Shown piece by piece: positions 62,481 to 64,000 of a stretch of DNA of 64,000 nucleotides. The notes under the pieces were generated by a model. That model saw only the letters and a list, made by a program, of their open reading frames with translations, was not told where the DNA came from and searched no databases. Origin of the DNA: Takakia lepidozioides (taxonomy: Eukaryota; Plantae; Bryophyta); assembly GCA_030704615.1 (NCBI GenBank), contig CM060732.1:59272001-59336000 (forward strand), read 5' to 3'. Position numbers and translations under genes: made by a program. Position 1 is the first letter of the stretch, and the number at the start of each line of letters is the position of its first letter.

Positions 62481-64000
62481 CAAAGTTTTTTTGGACTCAA
62501 TTTTTTGGGTTCATTGTTTTTGGAGAAATTTTTCTGCGATTTTGTTTTGTCCTCCACTTCTCATGTTCTATCCTCCTCCACCATAATTCCGGCGCCAGGG
62601 GATTATTCCTCTTCCTCTCCCGGTTTAGCGTTGTTAAGGGGAATGTCGTCGGCAGATGAGCCTGGCTAAGAAGAAGGAATCTCACGAAGAGGACACAACT
62701 GAATCACACATCCATACAACTTTCATACAACACTCAAGCACGGCGCCTCACACAGTACGTGCAGACATCAGATGAAAACCACCCTTTCTGCCACGACAGA
62801 GGGGTTTAAATAGTATTAGGGCATAATCTAATCATAGCGCCACGCGGCACATATATATAAGCTTTCTAGATGTTGTTCCAGCCTGACCATAGAAAGAGGC
62901 CACATCATCCAGTTCCATCCTAATCTGATCCTAAACTAGATGTTAGAATAAGACAACATATAATAAAGCCTTAAGCTATTGCCAACTCCTCCTCATGCAT
63001 TAGGTAGAAGTTCATCCAGACTACATCCTAACTCCATCCATCCCTTTGACATCCCGCGTTCATCCTCCCATCATCCATCCTTCATTCATCTAAGGCGAAA
63101 AAGTAGGCGAGGGGGAATCCCATCTTCACAGAAGCATAGTTTTGTTTTTTAAAATTCGGAAAATAGCACGAGTGGCTACAAAGTATATTCTGTTCATCCA
63201 TTCAAAATAGGACAGAATCATTCACATCTATACTTTCATCCATTAATATCATCCATATTTGGTGAATTCATCCATAAGTTTTATTTGTTTTGGAGAAATT
63301 TGGCGATTTCATCCATGAAAAAACATGGAATTTGCTACATAATATTCTTTTCTATTTTTTGAGGTCGCCATTTGGCGAAAATTCGCCAAAAAAAAAACGC
63401 TGCACAGAAGTGCCTAACTTATTGCTCGAAAATTGTGAAAAACACCAAAATGTCCAAATATGTGGAAAAAATGCCTGCAATTTATAATTTCATGTCGACA
63501 CAACTTCCAAAGGGTACTGCATTATGCAACTACATCTTCATACCTATCTCATGTGAATCTTCTGAATCTGGGAGAATGTTTTTTAAAAGAAAATTACCTC
63601 AACAATAGTTTTTGAGGGAGGTAAAAAACAACTGTTCATTATTATCCAGGGTAGACTGTAATACATGCCTAATGTTTATTACCTAGGTGAGGTGCTTAAA
63701 TAATAAAAACGAATCTGCCTAATAATATTCCATTTTTATTAATTATTAGGCGCGGAAGTGCCTAATAAGCTAGGTCCGTACGGTATGTTCTAAATGCCAG
63801 TGTTTATGAAATCGTCACCACATCTTTCAACAATTCATCTGCTTTCACAGATCTTGAACTTTCCAAGGAGTTTCTACCTTCTGCTCCTGTCATTTCTGAC
63901 TTCAGATAAGAGCTTTAACATACTGAGGCTAAACCCTGTCTATGCTACACAAGTGTTTTGTTTGTTCAAAGCAGTAACATGCTGTGTTAGTAGAACCTGT

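Noticed and set aside
62590-63050. Solo LTR with a TGGCGCC-type PBS on the minus strand
   Set aside because: LTR-like composition but no second copy, defined ends or TSD in the window

Overview
Eukaryotic, repeat-dense land-plant DNA (spliceosomal introns, PLS-class PPR fragments, plant Ty3/Gypsy and CACTA elements; a bryophyte or other non-seed plant is my guess, not proven). There is no clearly intact host gene. The window is a nest of transposons: three copies of one non-chromovirus Ty3/Gypsy family (one complete at 10154-19788 with an AATAC target-site duplication, sitting in an intron of an aspartyl aminopeptidase gene or pseudogene), two other Ty3/Gypsy relics, a gag-protease-dUTPase relic, two different CACTA/CMC transposases and a restriction-like-endonuclease LINE tail. 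Host-gene fragments (CcdA, serine carboxypeptidase-like, PPR) are scattered between them. Two things stand out: (i) a tandemly amplified gene unit at 39.4-44.5 kb that splices an OSB-type PDF ssDNA-binding motif onto PLS-PPR repeats; (ii) two related SWIM zinc-finger ORFs (2.2-3.0 kb and 61.3-61.8 kb), each next to a regularly spaced array of a different ~28-bp palindrome with CRISPR-like repeat/spacer geometry. Many frameshifts are single-base indels and could be consensus errors, so pseudogene calls are provisional. All family assignments are from motif recognition, not searches.
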